A stretch of DNA of 64,000 nt. Source: Octopus sinensis (taxonomy: Eukaryota). The notes under the pieces are model-generated. The model saw nothing but the letters and a program-made list of their open reading frames with translations. It was not told the DNA's origin and ran no database searches. Both the position numbers and the translations under genes were made by a program. The first letter of the stretch is position 1; each line of letters starts with the position of its first letter. Shown piece after piece: positions 26,077 to 43,617 of the stretch. The stretch spans positions 129,456,001 through 129,520,000 of the forward strand of contig NC_043001.1 in assembly GCF_006345805.1 (NCBI RefSeq), read 5' to 3'.

Positions 26077-26277
26077 TTTCATTTATTTTGTTATGGGGAT
26101 TTATTGCAGTTTTTGCTATGATAGTGTTTCTATTGTGTGTTGTGTGTGTAATGCCAGTTGTGTTCTGTTGGGTATCCAGCCTGTAGAATATATGCTGTGA
26201 GGGTTGTTTATTTTATTGAACATTTACTGTTTACAGTGTGTCTTGTGTATTTGGATTGCTTTATTTGGGTTTGTACT
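26077..26277 (-). repeat. 201-bp exact inverted copy of 21534-21734, inserted into a family F SINE
   Basis: Base-by-base comparison shows no mismatch; host SINE halves at ~26000-26076 and 26278-26385. Confidence 0.95.
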
Positions 26278-26444
26278 GGCAATACCAGCTGTAGAAAATC
26301 TGCTTCAATGAACTTCCTCCAATCTATGCATGCATGGAAAAATGTACCTTAAAAGGATGATGATGATGATGATGATGATGATAATTTTCTCATCCAGAAT
26401 ATGGTACAACATCAGTTATGTTTCTGCTCACTGATAACAGAATG

Positions 26445-26830
26445 TACTCTTGTACTCTTTTACTTGTTTCAGTCATTTGACTGTGGCCATGCTGGAGCAC
26501 GGCCTTTAGTCGAGCAAATCGACCCCAGAACTTATTTTTTGGAAGTCTAGTACTTATTCTATCGGTCTCTTTTTCCAAACTGCTAAGTAAACACACCACC
26601 ATCGGTTGTCAAGCGATGTTGGGGGGACAAACACATATACACATACATATATATATATATACATATATACGACAGGCTCCTTTCAGTTTCTGTCTACCAA
26701 ATCCACTCACAAAGCTTTGGTCGGCCTGGGGCTATAGTAGAAGACACTTGCCCAAGGTGCCACACAGTGGGACTGAACCCGGAACTATGTGGTTGGTAAG
26801 CAAGCTACTTAGCACAATCACTCCTGCGCC
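26445..26830 (-). mobile_element. Full-length tRNA-derived SINE, family B
   Basis: Reverse complement of the 27124-27516 family. Confidence 0.85.
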
Positions 26831-27123
26831 TATATCCTGCGTACTATTCACTTTAATGAAAAAGATCCCTCCCTCCTACATAATATACTTTTGTAGGGCA
26901 TTGTTTGTGAACTTGTAAGTGTTGAACTGTAGACAAGGGCCTTCACTGCAGCCTAGTTATCAAGCTGGTCCACAGAGAAGCAACTTCCAGTTAGGCAACA
27001 AACCAGACCTGACCTTAAATGGCTGATCGTACACTCACTCACTTTGTTGAAGACTGACTCAGAATAAACAATGCTTCAAGCAAAATAGCTAGTTTTAAAA
27101 TCTCTAAATGAGATATAAGCATA

Positions 27124-27516
27124 GGCGCAGGAGTGGCTGTGTGGTAAGTAGCTTGCTTACCAACCACATGGTTCCTGGTTCGTTCCCACTGCATGACACC
27201 TTGGACAACTGTCTTCTACTATAGCCTCGAGCCGACCAAAGCCTTGTGAGTGGATTTGGTAGATGGAAATTGAAAGAAGCCTGTTGTATATGTATATATA
27301 TGTGTGTGTTTATGTGTTTGTGTTTGTTCCCGCAACATCGCTTGACAACCGATGCTGGTGTGTTTACGTCCCTGTAACTTAGCGGTTCGGCAAAAGAGAC
27401 TGATAGAATAAGTACTAGGCTTACAAAGAATAGCCTGGGGTCGATTTGCTCGACTAAAGGTGGTACTCCAGCATGGCCGCAGTCAAATGACTGAAACAAG
27501 TAAAAGAGTAAAAGAG
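27124..27516 (+). mobile_element. Full-length tRNA-derived SINE, family B
   Basis: GGCGCAGGAGTGGCTGTGTGG (A box), GGTTCGTTCCC (B box), internal (TA/TG)n, tail gaaacaagtaaaagagtaaaagag. Confidence 0.85.
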
Positions 27517-27926
27517 ATAAGTAGAAACAATACGAGACGGCAATTTTTGTTTTTGCCACTATAACATGGCTGTTTAATAAAGAACTATGTTGCTACATTT
27601 TAACCCTAGGAAAACATCTTTTCCAGCTAGTTAATGACACACAACCTGTGTCCAATATATTGTTAGTAAGGGAGGGAATCATTCCCCTCCAGCTTGACAA
27701 TACTTCAGCACACTCATATTTGTGGTTATTTTTATGTAAAGCTTAACAAAAGATATGCCGTTACGCTTGTGAGCTCATGTTCTCTACCCAACCACAGGAG
27801 AAGTATTGCCCATTTTAAGAAGCACTGATCTGCTTTACATCATTACCTGACTTGTAATTTAACTAGTTAGGTCAATACTATTGAACATGGGTTGAATTCC
27901 TGTAAAGCACTTACTTTTATGGAGAA

Positions 27927-28305
27927 CTAGCAGTATCGCCTGGCGTTGCTTGGGTTTGTAAGGGAAATAACTATATAAGCATTTTTAGAGAGTTATAGCC
28001 AAAAAATAGCAAAAAAATGCATTAAAAATGGAAAAAAAATGATGGTAAATTCTTTTTTAAATCGTTGACTCATCGTGGACATTTTTAGAGAGTTACTTCC
28101 CTTATATAATAGCGAAAAAATGGAAAAAAATGATGGTAAATTTTTTTTTAAATCGTAGACTCATCGCTAATACCCAGAAGGGTTCGATATGAATCACGAC
28201 TATAAGATACCCGCTTTTGGTTACACTGCACCGCAAAATGTTGGAGTAGTTAGGAATCTAAATCGTAGGAGACAGACACACAACTTCACTTTTATATATA
28301 AAGAT
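27927..28305 (-). mobile_element. Non-autonomous Helitron, copy 3 (379 bp)
   Basis: Same family with small internal deletions; TC...CTAG ends; A^T target. Confidence 0.9.
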
Positions 28306-29589
28306 TACATAGGCTTTGTATATCTAGACAATAACAGTGTTTAAATGAGTACACATGTTTGCCTTTCAAATCTTTTATCTATTAAGGGAGAAATTAATAA
28401 TAATGGTTTAAAATTTTTGGCACAAGGCCAGCAATTTTGGGGAAGAGTTAAGTTGATTACATCAGCCTCAGTGTTTCACTGGTATTTATTTTATCGGCCC
28501 CAAAAGGAGGAAGGGTAAAGTCAACCTTGACGGAATTTGAACTAAGCATTTTGCCCCAGTGTGCTAACAATTTGGTCAGCTTTTGGCATTCTAATAATAA
28601 AATCTATATTGGTGCTGGAAAATTACAAAAAAGCTCATAAGATGATTATCGTTGCTTTCAAAGATCTTGTGAAAGAAATGGGGAAAAACTTGCTTTGAAA
28701 CCACATGTTTTCAGGTTCAGTCCCACTGTGTGACACCTTGGGCAAGTGTCTTCTAGCATGGAAAATAAATGTTAAAGGATGATGATGATGATGATGATGG
28801 TGGTGGTGAGTAGCATTGATGAGATACATCTGTTACAAGGGACCTTTATGCAAGAAAGCCCTGTTTGAGCAAACCCATGATTAAGAACATTGCAGTAATC
28901 ATGACCAATCCATCTTGATCTCAGTAGTAGTAGTTGTAGTAGTAGTGAAGGTACATGGCTTAGTGGTTAAGGCTATTCAGCTCACAATCATAAGGTCAGG
29001 ATTTCAATTCTCAGAGGTGCATTGCATCCTTGAGCAAGACACTTTATTTCATCCTGCTCCAGTCCACTCAGGTGGCAAAAATGAGTTGTACCTGTAATTC
29101 AAAGTGCCAGCTTTGTCACTTTTTATGTTACACTGAATCTCCCTGAGAACTACATTAAGGTCATGCATATCTGTGGAGTGCTCAAATCAACTGAACACTT
29201 GCCATCTCAACCAATGGGGTACCGGTTTTTTTTTAGTACCAGTAATTTGTTGTGGTATACTACAATTATATTCAATATCTTTCAGTTCTTTCTCCTTTTT
29301 TCTTAAAATTGTTAGGGTCTGATTTGAAGGAGATTTGTCAACTATTTCTAACAATTCCAGTAACCATGTCGAGGTTCTCTTTTAATTTGTAGCTGCAGTG
29401 TTAGGGGAGTGTAATGACGATAGTTATGGAGAAATGCTTTTGTTATAAGAGATATTTACAAAAAAAAAAAAGAGAAATCAAGAAAAAAATAAGCTCAAGA
29501 AAACAGAAAAAAGAAATGAAAAAATGAAAAAGAAAAACAACAGAGAACCAAAAGAGGACAAAAAAATATAAAAAAGAAGTGTTTGACTG

Positions 29590-30282
29590 AATGCGATACT
29601 GTTGCAAAAGTTTATCATCAACATCGCCGATAGAAATAAAAATACAAAAGACACAGGTTGATATTGTGTACACAATTGGAAATCTGGAAATATAGATTCT
29701 GACAAAAGCAGTTGACATTTCGGGGTTAAAGAATGTCAGTCTTGTGCTACGACGTGCGACGTACTGACTTTCAGAACCACAAAGTAGATTTCCTTACTTG
29801 AAACAAAAAGCGTGATGAAAATATAGGTGCTCGTTGGCTGCTATTTATAATAAAGAAATAGCAAAGAAAAAAAAAAGAAAAGAAAAGAAATAAAAAATAA
29901 AAAAATCGAGTCATGACGACCAAGTGTGGAAGGGAACGATGTAAGTGATGTAAGAATTTTGCGTTTAAACTGCTTTTACAAATTTCTGTTATAGAAAATC
30001 AAAGGTAACAGGAAGATACAATCGTGATTGCCTGAATTTTCTTCTCTCTTCTTTCTCCTCTTTCCACCACCACTATATCACCACCTTACTCTCTCTCTCT
30101 CTCTCTCGGCACCACCAACATATAACAATCATCGCTGCCACCTGCTTCTTACGCCCAATTGTGTCAGCCATAAAAGGTCGTAGATGATGAAGAACAAAAG
30201 ACAAGAGGAAACGGTTGACGACAACTGCAACGCCAACAAAAGGAAAATTCGAAGAAAGGAGGGGAGAGAGGGGACTGAGACG

Positions 30283-30290
<8 letters not shown>
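29590..30290. promoter_or_regulatory. CpG-enriched, SINE-free island; candidate promoter/5' exon region
   Basis: I count ~24 CpG in 700 bp versus ~3 in 34800-35500; no recognisable repeat apart from short (CT)/(GA) runs. Confidence 0.35.
29913..29940 (+). CDS. Speculative first coding micro-exon MTTKCGRER (phase 1)
   Basis: A-rich leader, gtcATG, then the consensus donor GAT|GTAAGT at 29940/29941; no downstream exon identified. Confidence 0.15.
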
Positions 30291-30315
<25 letters not shown>

Positions 30316-30599
30316 TTCAGCAACAACAACAATAAACAGAATAAATAAAATGTATATATAACAACATCACAAGGAAGATAACAAATATGATGATGATGAT
30401 GGTGACTGTGATGACAAGGATGAATTGAAGTATACTAGCTATTATATGTTTTGCCATCGTTCTTTCCAGTGTATTTGCAGTAAAAATACAAAGTATAATT
30501 TATTGAGAAAGTTGGGCAAGCAAGAAAGCTTACACAAAATAATTAAAAAAAAAAAAATCTGTATACACTCACATGTATATTTATTATATATATAAACGC

Positions 30600-30683
<84 letters not shown>

Positions 30684-30727
30684 ATATATGTAGATGTATG
30701 TATATATTATATATAAATGTATGTATA

Positions 30728-30758
<31 letters not shown>

Positions 30759-30771
30759 TATGTATATGTGC

Positions 30772-30802
<31 letters not shown>

Positions 30803-32740
30803 TGTATGTATATGTATATATATATGTATATACATACACACACACACACACATATAAAAATCATGCTTATTCAGTGATGAAAATGCCTCTTTTTTGATGA
30901 GGAAAGATTTTTGAATGGAAGAATGTTACCATATTTCTATGAAGCCAATATTTTTTCATGTCGTACATCAATACAGGTGCACAATGGAAGCAGTACCTTG
31001 CAGGAAGGCTTGACAAACTGTAGTTTACAATGTCATCGAACTTCAGCACCATAGTTATACCTCACACTCCCACACATACACACTTATGCTCTCTCTTTCT
31101 TTCTCTCTCTCTCTCTCTATGTCTCTCTAGCTCTCTTTCCTAAGGATCAATTCTTTCTCTCTGAATGAATATGTGCCAACAAGATTGTACCATTATAAAA
31201 GATCAAATCACAAAAGAACACATAAGATGATAATCATTGGTTTCAAAGATTTTGTGGAAGGGATGGGAGGAAAAAAAATTAATAGTTTCCAAAGAATTTT
31301 TGAAATATGGAAACTGCAGACATTGTAAAGAATATTATCTGGTGTATAAAGAAAGGACATGTACGGGAAAGGAGGAAGAGTGGAAGATTCTGGAGAAATA
31401 TATATAAAAAAAAATATTAATGTAAGAAGAACTAGCCAAAGATTTTACAAAAAAAGAAACAAACACATAAACAAGAATGAGAGGAGAAGAAGAACAACAG
31501 CAGCAGTAACAACAACAATAATAATAAGCAACTCAAATGAATAAACTAATAAATAAATATGTTGTATGTGATAATCATAACTTGCTACCGATAGAAATCT
31601 TTGGTAGTGCCAGTGTATTTCTGTAATAGTAATGATGGCTGAAATGTTTTGAATGATGCAAATCGGAGATAATTTTTTTTTTTTTTTTTTGGAGGCAAAA
31701 AAGAAAAGAAAAAAAAAAAAATTAAATATGCTAATTACAAGTTGTTACTGATATCAGGATCTGTAATTTCAAAGAAACATTGTCAATATTTATTGGTTTT
31801 GAAATGGAAAAGTATGTGGATGATTGATTCAAGTTAAAAAAAAAAAATAATTAAAACTGAAATAAAAATAAAAGAATGATTTTTTTTTGTTGAAAAAAAT
31901 CAAGAAACAAATTTTTTTTTTATGCATTTCCTTTTTCTTTACCACATGTGTTAATTCTTTAGTAAGTGAAAAATAAAAATTTATCAGAAATGAACTGAGT
32001 ATTAATGGAGAGACAAAAAGGGTGGATAGTCTAGGAGTTTTGAGAAAAATAACCAAAACAACACCTTATTTTGGTGTAAGAGAGGGGAAGACATAAGGAA
32101 GAATTAAAAATTAGAAATTTAAAAAATATATATATATATAAAGGAGGTGGAGAATTACAAGAGAAATCGAAACCAGAAACACGATTGTCCTTAGTTTTGC
32201 TTTTATATTTTGTTGATCTGACATCTTGGAAATGGAAGCAGCAAAAAGGAAAAAGAAAAAAAAATAGATGCAAAGTAAGGAAAAATAGTGGTTTTACAAA
32301 GTTATCAAATTTGTGAATGATTTGTTAAATCAGCCATTTTATTATGGGTAGTATTATTGTTTAAGTATTTAAGGAATTAATTTGAAGGAAATATAATTGT
32401 AAGTGAAAAATGATTAGAGGGAAATGAAGAAAAACAAAAAAAAATCAGAAAAACAAAAAAAAAAAAGGAAGTCAAATCAAGTTTTTGGTCTATTAATGAA
32501 GGCTGTTGAATAGATATAAAGAATATTTCTATCTTGAACAGGCAAAGATATGATGAAGTTTGATGGTTTGTTGTTAAAGAATATGATGAGAAGAGACAAA
32601 TTTGTGAGCAACTATACTGTTACAACAATAATTACTATTACACTACTACTGCAACCAACAACAACAACAACAGCAATAACCATTACAAGAACAGTTTCTG
32701 AAAGCTAATATGAGGGTTCCTATGCGATTATTTGATCTCT

Positions 32741-34578
32741 TTACTCTTTTACTTGTTTCAGTCATTTGAGTGCAGTCATGCTGGGGCACCAAATCGACCC
32801 CAGGATTTATTGTAAGCCTAGTACTTATTCAATCAGTTACTTTTGCTGAACCGCTAAGTTATGGGGATGTAGACACACCAGCATTGCTTGTCAAGCGATG
32901 TTGGGGGACAAACACAGACACACAGACATATATACACACACACACACACGCACATATATATATATATATACACATAATAATATAAATAATATATAAATAT
33001 ATGCATATATACATACATAAATGCACATACCTACATATATATGTATATACACATACATACATATATGGGTACAAGACATCGAAAAAACGTTGAACACAAT
33101 GAGAAACGAAAACATAAAAACAAAAACATAGAAACGAACTTTTTTTCGAACAATGGAAAAAACACAAACCAAGAAACGAGACATACAACATAAAGAATAT
33201 TCCACTTCATACATACGATGGGCTTATTTAAGTTTCTGTCTACCAAATTCCCTCACAAGGCTTTGGCCGGCCCTAGGCTTTAGTAGAAGACATTTGCCCA
33301 AGGTGCCACATAGTGGGATTGAACCCAAAACTCCTGTGCTTAGCAGAAAATTTTATTCAGATCACACCCTATCATCTTTTTTTAAGAACAATGAAGACAA
33401 GACAAAGAAGAACATTGGCTTATGTTGTCCAAAATAAGAATGAATAAATGAATATTCCCATCATTATGGCAGAGAGCTAAGGCTCCAGACATTCATTGCA
33501 TCTTCAAGCTCTGTTTAGGATAAATAGGATTGGTGGCACCAGAGTTCTTTTGTGACTTGATCACTGTTCATTAGCCTTTGTGAGTACCTTTTTCTCAGGT
33601 ACTCACAATCTCCTTCTCCTATCTGGTTGTCTTCCAAGGTTGTCAAGCCCAGATGAATCATCCAGTTATACCATTGATATAACTGCTAATACATAGAGAC
33701 ATGTTTTAGCAAAATCTAAGTGGTACCTCACCGCCAAGGGTCTTAGAGCATGATGGACACTAAATCAGAATTTTTAAGTTCCAGCGCTATTGATATGTTA
33801 ACTCTAGATAGACTTATCCTTTTGACAGGTATTGTTTTTGTCTTGCTGGATTTCTAGCAGCCCCACAGGCTTGCCTTGTGAGGGGTCAACAACCTTACCA
33901 TATATCAGATTGTATTGGACTTATGTTACCAATAGTACTTGTAATATAAATCTTTATACTCTCTCTTTTACTCTTTTACTTGTTTCAGTCATTTGACTGC
34001 GGCCATGCTGGAGCACCACCTTTAGTCGAGCAAATCGACCCTGGGACTTATTCTTTGTAAGCCCAGTACTTATTCTATCAGTCTCTTTTACCAAACTGCT
34101 AAGTGACGGGGACGTAAACACACCAGAATCGGTTGTCAAGCAATGCTAGGGGGGACAAACAGACACACAAACACACACATACATATATATACATATATAC
34201 GACAGGCTTCTTTCAGTTTCCGTCTACCAAATCCACTCACAAGGCATTGGTCGGCCCGGAGCTATAGCAGAAAACACTTGCCCAAGATGCTACACAGTGG
34301 GACTGAACCCGGAACCATGTGGTTGGTTAGCAAGCTACTCCTGTTTTTCCTTTTTATGTTTTTACTCGTTTCAGTCATTTGACAGCAGTCCTACTGGAGC
34401 ATCACCTTAAAGGGTTTAATAGTTGAAGAAATTGATCTCAGGACTTATTCTTTGTAGGCCTAGTATTTATTCTATTCATCTCTTTTGCCAAACCATGAAG
34501 TTACAGGGGCATAAACCTACTAACATCGGTTGTGGGGAACAAACAAAGACACACACACAAAAAAACATGCACACAAAT

Positions 34579-34610
<32 letters not shown>

Positions 34611-34775
34611 ATATACGATAGGCTTCTTTCAGTTTCTGTCTACCAAATCCATGCACAAGGCTTTGGTTGGCCAGAGGCTATAATAGAAGACATTTAAGAC
34701 ACTTACCAAAGGTACCACGCAGTGGGGTTGAACCCAGAACCATGTCGTTGAGAAGCAAGCTTCTTACAACACAGA
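32741..34775 (-). mobile_element. Cluster of three family B SINEs
   Basis: ~32741-33335 (with an insert at ~33065-33215 resembling 6665-6730), 33961-34343 and 34355-34775. Confidence 0.8.
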
Positions 34776-35692
34776 AAAATATGTATGACTACACGATGGA
34801 AATGCATTTTGATCATATATGTGTGTAATCAGTGTTGACCTGGTGCTAAGCAACAACAAATTACCAGCAGCAGCAGCACAATAACAGCAATTAAGGTAAA
34901 ATTTACATCAGTCATTGATTTTGCCCTACCCTCTATTTCTAGGAGTACAATTCTGAAATTCACTCTCTGTCTCTGTCTCAAAGTTTTCTCTGCAGACATT
35001 GATCAACAGTTTTTAAAGTCTTATCAACCACAAAAAAAACTTACCAATTTCTAAGGTTTGCTAACATTCTGCAGGCACTGTACCAACTTTTTTGCATGAT
35101 CTTATTAAAAAAAAAAAAAGAAAAGCAAAATAGCGCTTTCTTTTATGGCACATCAATTCAACATTGCTAAATATGAGTTTAATTTATTCAAGCTCTTTTT
35201 TTTCCCTTTCTGCCAAACATAAAATCAAGGAGAGTCAATTAAATCTTCTTTGACATTCTCTTCCATTTCCATAAAGAGTAGTCCACGATACAAGTGATGT
35301 GTAGTCAACACTGGTCATTCTGCCTTTGCAGTTGATCTCTAATTATTGTAAAGCCAGCAGTTCATGAAATCATATATTACATCTAGCTAGATCATCATTA
35401 ATTTGGGAAAAGAATATGCTTGACAAAGTTCCTCTAATGATTCTTTCAATTCATCAGGCAGGAAATTTGTCAGAGTCATTAGAGTGTCAGAAGTATTCGT
35501 TCCAACTCTCTGTGTTTTGAGTTCAAATCTCACTGAAGTCAATTACTTTTGTACATTGAGAACCTATTAGAAATACTAAATTTGAGCAGCAGGATGGAAC
35601 AGCAGTCTTCTGGTATTTGTTTCAGGTCTTTGCATTCTGAGTTCAAGTCTTGTCATTGCTTACTGATAGAATTAATTTGTGACCCAGTTTAA

Positions 35693-35912
35693 CCCTTTCG
35701 ATACCAGCCCAGCTGAAACCGGCTCTGGCTCTGGGTACAAATGTTTTGTTTTCATAAGTTTTGAATTCAAACCTTCCACCAAACCTTAGTCACAATTTAT
35801 GTTCCTAACACTAGCTTAATGGTAACTAAGCTCTTTTACTAAATTCTTTGTTATATTTAAAGTAATTGAAAGAAACACAGAGCATCTCAAAATAAATACA
35901 GTAACGAAAGGG
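35693..35912. mobile_element. piggyBac-type MITE, copy 2
   Basis: TTAA-ccctttcgatac ... gtaacgaaaggg-CTAA; colinear with 21237-21457. Confidence 0.85.
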
Positions 35913-36716
35913 CTAATAGCTCCATCTGATAATTTTGATGCTATTAGATGAGTTCGCTCTGTTGCAAGCATTTATGTCGAGTCTCCGGTATTAGGAAACC
36001 TTTTTCCTCATCTCACACCAGTCTTGCAGGCCCTGGCATCATGGGTACTGCTTTGAAGAGTTAGTCAAGCAAATCGACCCCATTACTTTATTTTTACATC
36101 TAGTACTTATTTTATCATTCTCTTTTGTCAAATTGCCATATTATGGGGACATAAACAAACCAGTACCGGTTGTAAAGTGGTTCCAGGACACACATCCACA
36201 TACACACACACAACACATACACGTTTAGCTTGCACAAGGTTTTCATCTACCAAATTCACTTACAAGGCATTGATTGGCTCAGAGTTATAGCAGAAAATGC
36301 TTATCCAACATGCTGTTTAGTAGAACTGAACCCTAAAGCATGTGGCTGCGAATTGAACTTCTTAACTACACAGCTACTGAGCTATTTCTGTGATTAACAT
36401 GAGCATTATAAATTCAGTCTTGTTAAAGCTTGTCCAATCAAAATTAATTAGACTATGGAATACTATCAAGTGAGTAAGTCTTGAGTTCTTGAAATCACCT
36501 TGTCAGTTAAATAGAAAGAGAGTGGAATTATATTGAACTTCTTCTACCATCAATTGCATATGTGTTAATGTTATTGAGCAGCTCTTATTAATACTCTTCC
36601 TTGGGTCCTCAACGCCTTAATGGAATCAGAGAGATGTCATCTTGACATATGGGCATTTTAAAGCTGGCAATGGCTTTAAAATGGTCTGAACACAGGTGAT
36701 TCTATGCATGTGTGTG

Positions 36717-36770
<54 letters not shown>

Positions 36771-37394
36771 GAAAAAAAGAATTTATTCCAATAATAGAGC
36801 GGCACTTTATTTTTGGTCCTGAAGGGGATAGAAGGCGAAATTGAACTCAGTGGAATTTGAATTTAGAGCACAGAGAGTTAGCCAGAATGACTACATCAAA
36901 GCATTCAGTCCAATGCTCTACCCTCTCTGCTAACTTTGCTGCCTTTGTCAATTCTCAAAACCACTGAATTAAGACATTAAAAAGTGCTATGGTACACTAT
37001 TGGCATTTTAAAAAGTCTTCCATGCAAAACAAATATTAGAACCAGACATAGTTAGACAAATGCATGGCTGTGTGATTTAAGAAGCTCACTTTACAACCAA
37101 AAATTAAAACATTGAGAAGAGAATGACATCAATGTTTGAAGACCTATCCCTGGTAATAACAAACTAATAACATTCTAATTGTCTTTTATACTAACATATA
37201 ACCATTTTGCAATGCTAGCAATTGTCAAAGAATATAATGCTATATTGCATCTTTTCCAGAACTAATGCTTCAATTACAAATAAATTATATGAGATTCTGC
37301 AGCTAGGCAGATTGAAAAAGAGGAAAAATTAAACTCAAAATCTATCAATTCAGTAGTGCAATACTTAAATTTCGTAGCTATTGTGTATCTTTTA

Positions 37395-37579
37395 TCTTTT
37401 ACATGAACTGTAGTCATGTTGGGGCACCACCTTGAAGGGTTTTAGTTGAAGAAAACCCCAGTAATTCTCTTTTTTGTTTAATATTTGGTACTTATTCTAT
37501 CAGTTACTTTTTATCAACTTCTGAGTGACAGGGATGTAAACAAAGCAGCACTTTTTATCAAGTGGTGTGGGGTCAAACA

Positions 37580-37622
<43 letters not shown>

Positions 37623-37965
37623 AGCATGGTTTCACACAGTTTCCAACTTCCAAATTTACCCACAAGGCATTTGTCAGTCCCTAGCTACAACAGATGTGTG
37701 CCCAACATGCTGTGCTGTGGGATTGAAACCAGAACCACATGGCTACAAAGCAAGCTTCTTAATCACACAGCCAGGCCTAAACCTGTAAGATATGTGCTCA
37801 ATGTGCTGTGGGATTGAAACAAGATCCACATGGTTGCAAAGCAAGCTTCTTAATCACACAGCCAGGCCTAAACCTGTAAGATACGTGCTCAAGGTGCTGT
37901 GGGATTGAAACAAGATCCACATGGTTGCAAAGCCAGCTTTAATAACACAGACAGGTCTGCACCTA
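37395..37965 (-). mobile_element. Family B SINE whose 5' head is tandemly triplicated (91-bp period)
   Basis: gtgctgtgggattgaaac starts at 37712, 37803 and 37894. Confidence 0.8.
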
Positions 37966-38479
37966 TATAAAATAGACAATCCAATGACTGAAAACTGAAC
38001 CCAGACTGCTTGCTTTGCAAGAAAGCATTCTCCCACTAAACCACTGGAATTTTGCAACATTGATGATATACTAGAATGGATTTTCTGATAACGATCTCTC
38101 TCTATTCTGTGAAAACTATGCTTATGTCAGATCAAAAGACAGTCAAACAGGAGGAGCTCTCTTGTCAACCCATAATTTTCATTTCTCATTAACCTTTACC
38201 ATTTTCTTCCTCTGCTATCTTTCAGAGAGTTGTTAAAGTATTAGAATGCAAATTCCAAGGTACTGATATGAAAAGAAGGGCACTATATCAAGGGCATACA
38301 TACATAAGCTTACATATCTGAAAGCAAATTTCTAAAAAAAAAAAAAAAATTTTATTAAAAGAGAGTAAATTTTCCTATCTAATTAAAAACAAAATCACAA
38401 TTGATACAATAATGCAAAAAAAACCCTGCATGCACAATGAAAAAAAACATAAAAGGTTAATTAGATAGGTTAACTTAAA

Positions 38480-42120
<3,641 letters not shown>

Positions 42121-43382
42121 TACATATGTACATGCATACAAACATGAATGTATGGTTGGATAGATAGACTTAGCAATAACAAATATAATTTCTCAGTTTA
42201 TTTTGTAAAATGATATAAAATGATTGCCAACTAAATGTAAAGCACCAGTCATATTTCTTTATTATAAAGCTGGTCAACATTTCCTGTGGATCGTTGGTGA
42301 CACAATGTTTTACCAGCAATCTGTTACACTAATTGCTCACAGCAAAACTAATGATTCTCTCGGTTATTCTAAAGATTAGCAGCATCACTTGACCAAACGG
42401 CACCCAGCAGACCAATAAAGTTTTATATTTTTTTAGCTACAGGTTTAAAGATTTCTATTTAATGTGCAAGTTTATGAAATGACTCCAAGCAGACTAACAA
42501 GGTTTGAAACAGCTCTGCTGAATGGTGTTATTCTTTAAAATGGCATCAATTTCAACAATTTCAATCTGATGTTTATTTGGCAATTTGGTTTTTTTTAATA
42601 TGATAGCTCCAAATACAGAAATGGCATTTCAAATATAATTTAAAAATTCATGAGGTGTAAACAAACTTTACAGATACATTTATTCAGGTTTAAACAAATG
42701 TAAATAATATGAATACTCCTAAAACTCAACTGGATTTTAAAACCCAGCACTTCGCTCTCATTTTATGGTATTAAACAGATTAGATAAATCTGCCTCAGGG
42801 TGAGACAATAATCTTTTTACATGTAATATTCCCAGAGAATTTTATATCTTTTCTACTTCTCATACAATGATTTTTTTAAGCCAACAAGGTACTACACTGT
42901 TTCCATCCCAAACCACCTGACACTCTTGTCTCTTCCTTTCTCATTATTATCCTTTCTGTCTTCACCTGCTTGTTAATATCCCACTACAAATAACACTTTT
43001 CCTAGCATTTCTCCTTGTGCTGTAACCTTCTAGAATTCATTCCTTTTGTATGTAATGTTTGTATGGCAGATGGCTAACAACTTTAGTTGTTAACTGAACA
43101 ACAACTACATCTGTATTTCCTGCCTGACCTGTTCCTACAAAGACAAGTAGCACTTCTTCCTCACTGACTAAACCACAGACCAAAACCAATTTTTGACAAC
43201 TGTCTCTTCATTTTATGCCTTAGGGCTAGGAAAATTGGTGGAATAGTGTTGGATTTTAAAAGTAATTATTGTTGGATTTTGGGTAGATTTGTGCAGCTGG
43301 AAACCACATTCTTCGGTTACTAGTGGATTCCTTTAGTTAAGAAATTTTTTTTTTAAATTATAAAACATCAAACAATGTACTG

Positions 43383-43617
43383 CAGTGGTCCTCAAATGGG
43401 TCCATATAAGATTTTGTTGTTAAAGCTTATGTGCAATAAACTGGTTATATTTCTACTATACACAAAATATTTAAACATTTTTTGTTCAATTCCTAATGAT
43501 ATTTAATCATAAAAATATAATAGTTTTTTCAGGGATCGAATGATTATGAAGATCCCACCTCCTGAGTAAAATAGGAATCAAATGGGTCCATTGGCAGAAA
43601 ATGGTTGAGAATCACTG
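43383..43617. mobile_element. hAT-type MITE
   Basis: cagtggtcctcaa ... ttgagaatcactg termini; 8-bp TSD no longer recognisable. Confidence 0.65.

Noticed and set aside
29731-29772. Hairpin gaatgtcagt...actgactttc as a pre-miRNA
   Set aside because: Only ~42 nt, wobble-rich, and no match to a miRNA family I know.
32232-32280. ATG GAA GCA GCA... followed by a GTAAGG donor-like site
   Set aside because: In-frame TAG at 32265-32267 in this assembly; no other support.
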